Below, piece after piece: positions 20,681 to 30,087 of a stretch of DNA of 64,000 nt. The DNA is taken from contig OZ253470.1 in NCBI GenBank assembly GCA_965261735.1, forward strand, positions 2,784,001 to 2,848,000, read 5' to 3'. The translations under genes were made by a program, and so were the position numbers. The notes under the pieces were generated by a model. It worked only from the letters and a program-made list of their open reading frames with translations, was not told the DNA's origin and did not search any database. The DNA is from Alphaproteobacteria bacterium. GTDB lineage: Bacteria > Pseudomonadota > Alphaproteobacteria > SHVV01. Position 1 is the stretch's first letter. Each line of letters opens with the position of its first letter.

Positions 20681-22156
20681 ATGCGGTCAGGTTTCATGAA
20701 GCAGAGCGCGGCGGCGGGGATGGCGCTCGTGATCATGCTGGGGCTTGGGCACGCGTAGGCGCAGGACGTGCAAGTTGGGGTGACGGCGGCGTCGCGGCCG
20801 GCGATCAGCGGGAAGCCGCCGATCTCTGACAAGCGCGCGCTACTGGTCGACACCAACGTCTTCCATGACGAACTCATCATAACCGAGGCCACGGGCCAGG
20901 CGCAGATGCTGTTCCTCGACGAATCGGCGCTCACCATCGGCCCCAACTCGGAAGTGGTGCTCGACGAGTACGTCTACGACCCCGAGCAGAAGACGGGCCG
21001 GCTCGTGCTCAACGCGACCAAGGGCGTGTTCCGGCTGGTCGGCGGGCGCATCAGTAAAAAGACGCCGGTGGTGCTGAACACTCCGACGGCGACGATCGGC
21101 ATCCGCGGCGGCATCAGCATCATCAGCGTGGCCGCGAACGGCGCGACCGACGCGACGTTCCTGTTCGGCCAGGCGATGTCGGTAACCAGCGGCGGGGTAA
21201 CCAAGCAGGCGCTGCGGCCGGGCTATACGATCAGCGTGGCGGCGCCGGACGCGGCACCCTCGGACCCGGCGCCGACGACGCCGGAGACGCTGAACGCGGC
21301 GCTCGGCTCGCTCGAGGGCTCGGGCGAGGCGACCGATGACGAGGGCGTCCCCCAGGACGAGGACGTGGCCGCGAGCGGCGTGGGCGAGCTCGGCTCTGAC
21401 AATGATCCCGATGCGGTGGCCCCGGGCGGCGCAGGTTCGCCAGGCGACGCGGTGGCCGAGGCGGGCGCGACCGATAAGGCCGAGGGCACCGGCGACATCG
21501 CCGAGACCAGCCAGTTGATCGTGACCGGAGAGACCGCCGGCGGCGGCAGCCTCACCATTAGCGGCACTCTGGGGGGCCGTATCAAGCACGCTAGCAGCCC
21601 GCCCTTCGGCACCGACGACAACCTGAGCGGGTTCGACTTCCCGTTCAAGGGCGCGACCGTCTCGAACGGTATTTTCGACGTCGCGATCGCGAGCCGCTTC
21701 ACGGCGCCGATCCAGGCCGGGAGCTTCACGGTCACCGCCACCGAGCAGCCCTTCGGCGTCGGCGTCTTGACTGGGACCGGCTTCCTTACCAGCGACAACG
21801 AGTTCGTCATCTACGAGCTCACCGACCAGGCCGACAGCCACAAGGTGCTGGCTTGGTCGGGCGTGCCGACGACGACGTTCCCGACGAGCGGCGCCACCTT
21901 CTACAACTTCCGCCGCGATTTCGTGATGGACTCGGACGTCCCCTTCGTCTCCAAGTCGACGAGCGGCAGCATCACCGCGGTCGATCTCGACCCGACCGAG
22001 GCCGACGCCGCGATCTTCTAGGACACGAGCGGGTCGTCCTCCGCGCAGCGCCCCTTCGGGGCGGTCTTTGGCGGCCTCAACGGGACCTTGGCTGCGCAGA
22101 AATCGGTGATCAGCTTCTTCGTCGGCGAGGTCAAGGACCTCGACGGGGAAACCTTC
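20681..22156 (+). pseudogene. Secreted FecR-domain protein with two in-frame TAG stops, truncated by IS1595
   Basis: Signal peptide; QMLFLDESALTIGPNSEVVLDEYVYDP, TPTATIGIRG; TAG at 20756 and 22019 in one frame that stays open to the IS. Confidence 0.85.
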
Positions 22157-23091
22157 CTTGCCTATCCGGTTAACGCCCATGACCGCTACATGTAGGGTGC
22201 CACCACTCTCCCGAGTAAAGCTCGGCATAGGTTGGAGCAGAGGTGTCGCCCGCGATGCCGAGCAATGATACCGATCAGCCACGTCTTCAGGTTGGCGAAA
22301 ACCAGATGGATGATCGGCAGGTATTGCTCGGCAACCTCTGGATCACCACACTCGGCAACAGCGAAGTGCTCATAGCCGCGCTTACCGAGGCCAGCATAGC
22401 CGCTCCAATCGCCAGTAACGATCAGCGATCCTGGCGCGACGGTGCTCTCGACGAACCCACAGAGCGACTCGGCGCTACGGTCGAGCACGACGTCGATGGC
22501 ACAGGAGACGGGAACCTTGTGGTGAACACCACGGCCTTCCCCACGCGTTCGCCCGCCAACCCAGGTTTCGTCCACCTCAACATGGTTCTTGGGCTGTCCA
22601 CCGATCCTGTCTTGGTTGGGCCGCACCATGCCCGAGCGGAGCTTGTGGAGAATTTGAAAGGCCGTCTCGTAGCGCGAAAGACCAAGTTGCCGCTGAAACT
22701 GCACGGCGGACATGCCGGGCGTCTGACTGGCGACCAGATAAGCGGCCCAGAACCAGACGTTCAGCGGAGTGTGGCTACGCTCCATCACTGTTCCCACCGT
22801 CAGCCCGGTGTTCTGGCGGCACTTGCGGCAGCGCAGGACGCCAGGGCGGTTTTCAAAGTGGAACGGCTCTCCCGCCGTGCCGCAGTGCGGGCAGGCAAAG
22901 CCGTCTCCCCAGCGGGCTTTCTCCAGGTAGGCGGCGCAGGCCGCATCATCGGGGAAAAGTCGCTGGAACTCGGGTAGCGAATGCGGGAATGGGAGATCGG
23001 CGCGGTCGAGAACATCCATGGCGCGCTCCCCTATATCCGGGTTGCACCCATTCTAGCCCTAGTGGGTGTGGGTGTAAACCGGATAGGCAAG
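22157..23091 (-). mobile_element. IS1595 family element, copy 2, with two internal deletions (transposase pseudogene 22186-23019)
   Basis: IR cttgcctatccggtt at both ends; CAIDVVLDR versus CAIEVRHRK...LAVVLDR in copy 1; HHGV...FNRR region lost; no matching TSD. Confidence 0.9.
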
Positions 23092-23329
23092 CTTCGACCG
23101 TCTTCTACTACGCTCCGCGTGTTGTGGTTTGGTCAGGGATTTGTGCGGTCGTGACCTGGAGTATCGGTACCCTTTGGATCGCCTTTCTTCCTTCAAGCCG
23201 AGTTTTCAGCATCAAGACGTTGTCGCAGTTGCCGACCACTGAAGACCAGATTGCCTACATGTTGCAGCCCGAAATGGTGAATCTGACCGCTCTTGCCACA
23301 CAAGATATCGTCTTTCTCCTGGTCGCGGG
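23092..23329 (+). pseudogene. Fragment of a membrane protein gene (possibly adenylate cyclase TM region) between two ISs
   Basis: VFYYAPRVVVWSGICAVVTWSIGTLWIA...DIVFLLVAG; no start or stop, bounded by IS ends. Confidence 0.4.
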
Positions 23330-24975
23330 GGGGTATGGGTCTGGTATGGAAAATCTAAGTCATTGATTTAGTGCGTTTTTGTGTCGAGACGAACGGCCGA
23401 AAACGGCTATTCGTGACAATGGGCCGCTCCAAGGCAGGATTTTGTCACGACGGCAGGGTCGAGCAGGGGAAGGTGGGAACGCTCCGCACCGCCAGAAGCG
23501 GTACGATGCCGTGTCTCGAAACCCAACATCGGGAGCATTCCCATGGCAGTATCCCGCCTCCGGCGCCTTCGTCCATCGATCTTTCCGGCCTGCCTCCTCG
23601 GGTCGTCGAGGCGGCCGCCCGGGTGCTCGCACTGTGTCGCGAGGAGCTTCGTTCCGAGCCGCGCCCCGAGGCGCCCGAGGAGGTCGAGTTGCGGGTGCGT
23701 GAGGCCACGAACGAGTTCGCTCGCGATGTCATGGGCGCCGTCATCGAGAACCGGGACGATGGCGCTTCCCGGATCGAGCGGGACGGGCAGAGCTGGTTCC
23801 GGGTCGCGGTGACGCCGAAGACGATCATGACCTCGCTCGGTCCGGTGACCTACCGGCGAGCGCGTTACCGCAGCGGCGCGAGCGGGGCATCGCCGGTGGC
23901 CGGTCGACGAGAGCCTGGGCCTCGTCGACGATTACCTGACGCGGCCGGCGGCCGAACTCGGTCTGCTGATGATGGGTCGCTGCACGGCCCGGGAAGCGGC
24001 GGCGTTCTTTGCGAAGACCGGCGCCATGACGCCGTCGGTGAGCGCCTGACCCTGAGCATGCACGAATGCTGGGAGAGCCTCGGCCCGGAGACGCTGGGCA
24101 GCATCCGTGAGGCCGAGGGCATACCGCAGGACGCGACCACCGCCTCGGTCTCCCTCGACGGCGTCATGGTGCCGCTGAGACCCGGCGAGGACGGTCGCGC
24201 CAAGGCCTCCTGGCGCGAGGCCGCCTGCGGCACGGTCTCCTTCCACGACGCCAAGGGCAAGCGCCTGAAGACCCTCTATCTCGGCCCCATGCCGGAGAGC
24301 GGCAAGCTCACGCTGAAGGCGCAGCTTGCAAGCGAAGTCGCACACATCAGGCGAGCACGCCCCGAGATCGAGATCGTCGCTATCGCCGATGGTGCCGCCG
24401 ACAACTGGACCTTCCTGGAGACCCTGTCGCCCGAAACCGAGGTGATCGACTTCTGGCATGCTTGCGAACATCTGCAAACCGCGTCCGACCATGCCGTGGC
24501 GCCCGGCTGGTTCGAGAAGTACCGCGAGATCCTCCGTCACGATCCCCGTGGCGTCGCCAAGGTGATCCGGGCGCTGCGCCACCTTCGCGATGCCGCCGCT
24601 GCGCCGGACCGGGCCGAGACCGAGCGGGAACTCGCCTTCTTCCGCAAGCATCGCCATCGCATGCGCTACCACGCCCTGAAGGAAGAGGGCATCGCCATCG
24701 GCTCAGGCGTGGTCGAGGCTGCCAACAAGATCCCTGGTGACACAGCGCATGAAGCGCTCCGGCATGCGCTGGCGGATCGTCGGCGGACAGGCTGTTCTGA
24801 CCTTCCGCGCCCTGATCAAATCCGGCCGCTTCGAGCGCGCATGGAAGGCCCTGATCAGCGCAACCGACACACCGGCCAACGACAACATCAGTCCACGTGC
24901 AGCAGCCATGGCAATCGCTGCCTGAACTCAACGAACCAAGCCGCAGACATCACTGCCATGCGAGACTCGCACCCC
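23330..24975 (+). mobile_element. ISKra4 family element with frameshifted transposase
   Basis: IRs ggggtatgggtctggtat / atgcgagactcgcacccc; SLDGVMVP, IADGAADNW, IDFWHACEHL, IGSGVVEAANK, QRMKRSGMRW, with frame breaks near 23900-24040 and 24730. Confidence 0.8.
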
Positions 24976-25105
24976 TGCAGACGGAGCACGCAAAGACCCT
25001 GATCGGTGGACGGGGAGTTCGTTCCGCAGCAATGGCTCGCATCGTTCAGCCACCGCCCCTGGAGACACTCTACCGAGTTAGCCCGAAATTATCGGTTGGT
25101 CCTGT

Positions 25106-26056
25106 TCATTTCGCTTGACTCACTCCCGCTTCCTTCCCGAGCTCGGCGGAGACTTTACCTGTCTCGAAAAACTCCGCGAAAACTTTATTGAACAAGTCGG
25201 GCCGGTCGTTTTGCCCCGAATGCCCGCACCTATCCGGGTAATAGAACTGGAAGTTTCTTAGTATCTTTTCCTGCGCGTACCCAGCCTCCACCGGCGCCAT
25301 TACGTCATCCTTGCCCCACAAGAAGATGGCGGGTATGTCCAGTTTGTCCAGGCGTCCCTTGAGCCGCAAGCGCTGGGCGTACCTGGGGTCCTTCATAATA
25401 TTGTTGTTGAACTCGAAGGCGGTGTTCATTGACATTAGCTGTTTCTCAGCGATTCTGAACCTCATCTCCACAATGTCATCAGGGATTGATTCCTTGTCGT
25501 ACGCGACGGCAAGAATATTCTTACCGATCGTCTCTTTCGTACCGTCCCATGGCGTGGGTACAAAGGCTGGTGGAAACCTCTCCCTAGCCTTGCCATCGTC
25601 GTCCAGGCCTAGCTGGGCCATCAGGCTGAAAGAGGCGACAAAGGCGAGGCTGATGACCCTCTCGGGATGCTCGACAACATATTGGGCGGAAACCGACGCG
25701 CCCTGCGAGTTGCCGGACAGGTGAAACCGGTCGAGGCATACCGCATTGGCGAAGTCGTCAACGAAATCCGCCCAACTGAACGTCCCATGGTGGGGCCAGT
25801 ATTCCTCCCTCAGATCGGACAGGCCAAACCCAGGACGGCAGGGAGCGTAGACTCGGAACCCCGCCTCAGCGAGGGCCGGAAGCATGAACCGCCACAAAGC
25901 TATTCCACTGGAACCCGGGAAGCCGCCGTGCAGCAAGATGACGTTAGGCCCGACTTCTCCTGCGGTCATGTAATGCGCTTTGGCGCCATTGCTAAGCCTC
26001 ACCCAACGGCTGGCGACGCCGGTTACGTTGATCAAACCCTCTTCTGTAAGTGCCAT
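25106..26056 (-). CDS. Alpha/beta-fold hydrolase (MhpC/BphD-like)
   Basis: ILLHGGFPGSSG, PGFGLSD, SGNSQG nucleophile elbow, LWGKDD, CGH. Confidence 0.85.
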   Translation of the reverse strand: MALTEEGLINVTGVASRWVRLSNGAKAHYMTAGEVGPNVILLHGGFPGSSGIALWRFMLPALAEAGFRVYAPCRPGFGLSDLREEYWPHHGTFSWADFVDDFANAVCLDRFHLSGNSQGASVSAQYVVEHPERVISLAFVASFSLMAQLGLDDDGKARERFPPAFVPTPWDGTKETIGKNILAVAYDKESIPDDIVEMRFRIAEKQLMSMNTAFEFNNNIMKDPRYAQRLRLKGRLDKLDIPAIFLWGKDDVMAPVEAGYAQEKILRNFQFYYPDRCGHSGQNDRPDLFNKVFAEFFETGKVSAELGKEAGVSQAK

Positions 26057-26286
26057 ATTCCCCTCCTTAGGACACAAGCGGCGGGTCACGGTATCGATTG
26101 GAACGAGAGTATGTGTACCAGATGCCCGACGCCGTTGAGATCGATCTTCACTCGACGATCCGAATTTTCGATCACTCCGTCCTCGCGGCGCCCCACTGTC
26201 GCCCTCCTCGGACGAGCAAAGGACGCTCGGCCAGCGGTGGATTCGGCATCTGTTCGGTGATCGCGCCAATTTGTTGAAAAGAAGTG

Positions 26287-26336
26287 TGGTGCCGAAGCGC
26301 GGATTCGAACCGCGGACCTACTGATTACGAATCAGT
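26287..26336 (-). repeat. att site: duplicated 3' 50 bp of tRNA-Thr (identical to 36871-36920)
   Basis: tggtgccgaagcgcggattcgaaccgcggacctactgattacgaatcagt at both positions. Confidence 0.97.
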
Positions 26337-26462
26337 ATGAGGGGCGTTTCGTATATTTTAGCCTGATTTAATATACGTTAATATATCCACATAATATCAA
26401 TTGGTTACTGATCTTTCCTCTTTCTCTTGCGTTAATATCGGTTAGTCGGTATTTTGGCGATC

Positions 26463-26482
26463 TGCCTACATGGCGCCCACAT
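26463..26482 (+). repeat. Probable integrase arm-type sites
   Basis: tgcctacatggcgcccacat; the 14-mer tgcctacatggcgc recurs at 36815-36828 and tgcctacat at 36804-36812. Confidence 0.7.
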
Positions 26483-26495
26483 GGGAGGTAGATCG

Positions 26496-27677
26496 ATGCT
26501 CACTGAGAAGCGAATTCGAGACCTAAATCCGGGGACGAAAACGCAGTTCCTATGGGATCGCCAGGTCACGAATTTGGGCGTCCGAATAACAATCGCCGGA
26601 ATCAAGTCCTTTGTCCTGTTCTATCGCGTCGCGGGCAAGAAGCGTCTAGCGACCCTGGCTCGGTGTTCGGAGCTTTCCCTGAAAGATGCGCGGGAGCGGG
26701 CCAGGACCGAACTTGCCGCCGTCCGGGAAGGCACGGACCTGCTTGAGCGACGGCGCCGAGCGACGGCTGCTCCGACCGTGGCCGACCTGATTAACCGATT
26801 CCTGACGGTCGAGGGGCCTGCCCGGATCGCGCGCGGTCGCATGGCGCAACGCACATTGGTCGAGTACCGGCGCCAATGCAACAGGTACGTCGAGCCTGCA
26901 ATCGGCAACCTGCACGTCTCGGCTGTGACGCGAGGGGACATAGAGCGCATGGTGGCCCCTCTGCCCCCGGTCTCACGCAATCGTGTGCTGGCGCTCGCGA
27001 GCCGTCTGTTCACGTTGGCGGAAGTGTGGGAAATGCGGCCGCCCGCCAGCAATCCCGTCCGCAAGATCGAGCGCGCACGCGAGGACGCACGTGACAGGGT
27101 TTTTTCGCCTGACGAAATGGCAGCGTTGGCGGGCGCACTGAACGAAGCCGAGGACGCCAGCCCTGCGGCAGTCGCGGCACTTCGATTTCTCGCCCTGACT
27201 GGCCTACGCGTCGGGGAGGCATTAGCGATCCAATGGGAGCATGTAGACCTATCCACGGGCCGTTTGCTACTGCCAGAAACAAAAACGGGAAGGCGTTGGC
27301 ATGACGTGCCTGCGCCAGCACTGCAAGTCCTGGCCACCCTGCCCCGTTTCGGGCCGTGGGCCTTCACCACAACTGGACGCGCGGCAATCACCTATAAAAC
27401 CGTGCGCGCGGTGTTTCGCGAGGCGTGCAAGCGCGCCGGAATTGGGGACGCGAAAATTCACGATCTTCGGCGGGGAGTTGTGTCGGCCGCCGCCGCATCA
27501 GGTGCGAACGTGGCTGTTCTGCAGCGACTACTTGGCCATCGGACGCCGCAAATGGCGCTCCGGTACGCTCGCGAGCTTCAAGACCCGGTGCAGGCGACTC
27601 GAGAGCAAGTAGCATCGCAAATGGCCGCGATGATGGAAAGAAAGGGCGGCGAGGTCGTGCCGCTGCGGAAACGATGA
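26496..27677 (+). CDS. int: Tyrosine integrase with N-terminal arm-binding domain
   Basis: LWDRQVTNLGVRI..GIKSF arm domain; TGLRVGE, ETKTG, IHDLRR, LLGH, MALRY catalytic motifs. Confidence 0.95.
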   Translation: MLTEKRIRDLNPGTKTQFLWDRQVTNLGVRITIAGIKSFVLFYRVAGKKRLATLARCSELSLKDARERARTELAAVREGTDLLERRRRATAAPTVADLINRFLTVEGPARIARGRMAQRTLVEYRRQCNRYVEPAIGNLHVSAVTRGDIERMVAPLPPVSRNRVLALASRLFTLAEVWEMRPPASNPVRKIERAREDARDRVFSPDEMAALAGALNEAEDASPAAVAALRFLALTGLRVGEALAIQWEHVDLSTGRLLLPETKTGRRWHDVPAPALQVLATLPRFGPWAFTTTGRAAITYKTVRAVFREACKRAGIGDAKIHDLRRGVVSAAAASGANVAVLQRLLGHRTPQMALRYARELQDPVQATREQVASQMAAMMERKGGEVVPLRKR

Positions 27678-28048
27678 CGCTTCCGCCCGGCCTACTCCGA
27701 GACTTTCTCCACCGCGAGTACTGCCCTTTTGCGGAAGTCTCGCTCGACCATGCCGAGGCGGACCCAGTGGCGTGGGAGGGTGCCCTGTCCGAAATCAAAA
27801 AGCGCCGCGACGTTGGGTTCCCTGTATCCAAGCTGCTGGCTGATTTTTCCTGTGACGTGGCGACCCAGCGCGTCCCGAAGCCTCCGTCGAAAAACCGCGC
27901 AGGCAAAGCGTGGCGCAACTGGAAAATCCGCACAGCCGTCCAAATTCTGATGCAGTTCGAGCTATCGGAGCGAGCCGCGCGACGGTACGTCGCGAACGAA
28001 TTTAACCTTTCTTATGAGGCGATTAGGTCGGCATGCCGAAGTGTGTGA
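27674..28048 (+). CDS. Hypothetical protein with C-terminal HTH-like region
   Basis: ATGA-coupled to int; LSERAARRYVANEFNLSYEAIRS helix pattern. Confidence 0.6.
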   Translation: MTLPPGLLRDFLHREYCPFAEVSLDHAEADPVAWEGALSEIKKRRDVGFPVSKLLADFSCDVATQRVPKPPSKNRAGKAWRNWKIRTAVQILMQFELSERAARRYVANEFNLSYEAIRSACRSV

Positions 28049-28129
28049 GCAACTCGAAAACAATCACACAGCAGACTAGGTAAATGTGCATTAGCGTGCC
28101 TTCCGATGATTGAATTCACGGAGGGCGAA

Positions 28130-28330
28130 ATGAAGCGTTTTGACCCCGACACCTACTTCCGCACCGACGATGCTGCACTAGAAATCATCGCCACACGCGG
28201 GACGATGAGCCAGTGGCGGCACCGCGGCTATGGGCCGCGATACGTGAGATTCGGGAACCGCGTCTTGTATTTGGGTGCCGATCTGAATCGTTGGCTCGAC
28301 GCGCGCGTGGTCGAACCTCGCGCCGCCTGA
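28130..28330 (+). CDS. AlpA/excisionase-like winged-HTH protein
   Basis: GTMSQWRHRGYGPRYVRFGNRVLYLGADLNRWL. Confidence 0.85.
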   Translation: MKRFDPDTYFRTDDAALEIIATRGTMSQWRHRGYGPRYVRFGNRVLYLGADLNRWLDARVVEPRAA

Positions 28331-28387
28331 TCCCAAAAACGAAGCGCCCGCCTGTGGCCGGGCGGGCGCGGATATCAATTGAAGGGA

Positions 28388-28924
28388 ATGTCCGTGGAGG
28401 ATAGCACAGGCAGCAATGCGGCTGCCATTCTTTTCGAGCTGGCCGAACGCGCTAGCAAACTGTTTCGCAAATCGAATGACGATGCGCTGGCCTGCGGCCG
28501 CGTGCTGCTTGAGGCGCGCGCGATCGCCAAGCACGGCTCATGGTCGGCGTTTTTGACCGACGCGGGCATGTCTGCCCGCACCGCTCAAAAATATATGCAA
28601 GTTTCTCGATTCGTCGGGAACAGCCCAACCAAATGCGCCCTGGGGTCGCATTTGGGGATTGCCGGAACGCTGGATTTTATGCGCGCTAGCGAGCGCTCGA
28701 TGGCCGCGTGGCGCGCCGCGTGTGCCGCTGATCCGGGCAACGGCCGACTGATTACAAGCCCGCCAGAGAACGCATTTTTTGGACTGTTCTGGTGCGCCGA
28801 TCCAGAGGATCGGGCTGTTCTAGCCGAGGTCGCGGCGCGTGATTTTGAGATCGACGTCGCCGACGTATTACAGGCGGTCGAAGCGGCCGAACTGCCGCTG
28901 GCTGACGAGGCGGCCGCGCCGTGA
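28388..28924 (+). CDS. DUF3102-like phage protein
   Basis: ALACGRVLLEAR...HGSWSAFL...MSARTAQKYM. Confidence 0.7.
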   Translation: MSVEDSTGSNAAAILFELAERASKLFRKSNDDALACGRVLLEARAIAKHGSWSAFLTDAGMSARTAQKYMQVSRFVGNSPTKCALGSHLGIAGTLDFMRASERSMAAWRAACAADPGNGRLITSPPENAFFGLFWCADPEDRAVLAEVAARDFEIDVADVLQAVEAAELPLADEAAAP

Positions 28925-29367
28925 CCAGTCCGCAACGCGAAATGCCGCTCGGCATCGTCGGCGTGATCGAAGGTGGGCCGTTTCCTGAATTTCCCAAAAG
29001 CCCACTAGAGCGAATCCGTTGGGCATTTGCCGCGCCGCTTGAGCGAACGACTGACAAGGCTGTGCTGACCACCTTGGCGACCTACGCCAACGACAAAGGT
29101 GTGGCTTGGCCGGGGCTGGCCACCATCGCGCAATGCGGCAGCATGGCACGACGCACGGCTATCAACGCCGTTGGCCGGTTGGAAAAAACCGGTTGGCTCG
29201 TGATTGAAAAACGGCCGCACCGAACATCGCAGTACTGGCCGAAGTCGCCCGGCGTGAATCTTTGCTCGGGCTGCAAGTACGTTGTCCCGGCCCGCGTGAG
29301 CGTGTGCGGAATCTGTGGAACTGAAACGCCCGAGCTAGTGCAGTACTTTCACCAGGGGGTGAATTAG
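28921..29367 (+). CDS. Phage replication-initiator-like HTH protein with C-terminal Zn ribbon
   Basis: DKAVLTTLATYANDKGVAWPGLATIAQ..MARRTAINAVGRLEKTGWL (HTH_36-like); CSGC...CGIC. Confidence 0.75.
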   Translation: MTSPQREMPLGIVGVIEGGPFPEFPKSPLERIRWAFAAPLERTTDKAVLTTLATYANDKGVAWPGLATIAQCGSMARRTAINAVGRLEKTGWLVIEKRPHRTSQYWPKSPGVNLCSGCKYVVPARVSVCGICGTETPELVQYFHQGVN

Positions 29368-29397
29368 ATGCACCACCTAGTGAATCTGCTGCACCCG
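29335..29397. repeat. Three 21-bp iteron-like repeats (candidate origin)
   Basis: ctagtgcagtactttcaccag / ggggtgaattagatgcaccac / ctagtgaatctgctgcacccg, each with a GTG(C/A)A-N5-T(G/T)CAC dyad, followed by an AT-rich tract. Confidence 0.7.
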
Positions 29398-29595
29398 AAG
29401 AACTAATGAAGTACCAAATAAGTTTTCAGCCACAACATAAAACTCATACTGTGTTTGTATCTACAGGGCTGGTGTTGAGACATTTTGGCCCCCATGAAAT
29501 GTACACTTGTATGGCACCGGCGAAATCGCCCGCAAGGGTGGATCATCGCTGTGAGTAGTATCGAACTCCATGAAATCAATTTGAAAGATAAAACA

Positions 29596-30087
29596 ATGTC
29601 TCAACTTCTATTCATCGTTGCGCCGCACTCGGCGGAGTGCAAGGCGGAAGTGCACCTTGATCGTTCCAAAGCGCGCCGTTTGGTGGACGAACTGGACAAA
29701 CGGTCCTTTGCCTACCGAGTGATAGTCATCGATCCCGTTTCTCGAAAATGGTGGCAAACCGAAGCTCCCAGCCTCGCCGACCCAGACTGCAAGGAGCGAC
29801 ACTGCCTTCCCCAAGTGTCGGAGACGCCTGAACTTATGTTTATCGTCGCTCCGCATATCGCAGGTCCCACTGCCTCGGTGCACGTCAATTTTGAGGCTGC
29901 GGCCAAGGCGTGCGACTTCCCGAAAGGCTGCCGGGTGGTGGTGGTCAACTCCGACACCACCGATATCCCCAAATGGAAGGAGAGACTGGTTGAAGGACCG
30001 GTGCACGGCACCGCCCTAGAGCAATTGCAAGGAACCATAGTTGAAGGGCTGACGACGCTGGCGGATGACCTTGCGACAGACGGCTGA
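29596..30087 (+). CDS. Hypothetical protein with internal duplicated domain
   Basis: LLFIVAPH...EVH...YRVIVID and LMFIVAPH...SVH...CRVVVVN. Confidence 0.6.
   Translation: MSQLLFIVAPHSAECKAEVHLDRSKARRLVDELDKRSFAYRVIVIDPVSRKWWQTEAPSLADPDCKERHCLPQVSETPELMFIVAPHIAGPTASVHVNFEAAAKACDFPKGCRVVVVNSDTTDIPKWKERLVEGPVHGTALEQLQGTIVEGLTTLADDLATDG

Noticed and set aside
20756-22021. Genome-wide TAG reassignment
   Set aside because: Many intact genes here end in TAG (e.g. gpsA, rpe, acs, capsid)
26287-26336. Second tRNA-Thr gene
   Set aside because: Lacks the 5' acceptor strand and D arm; it is the att duplication
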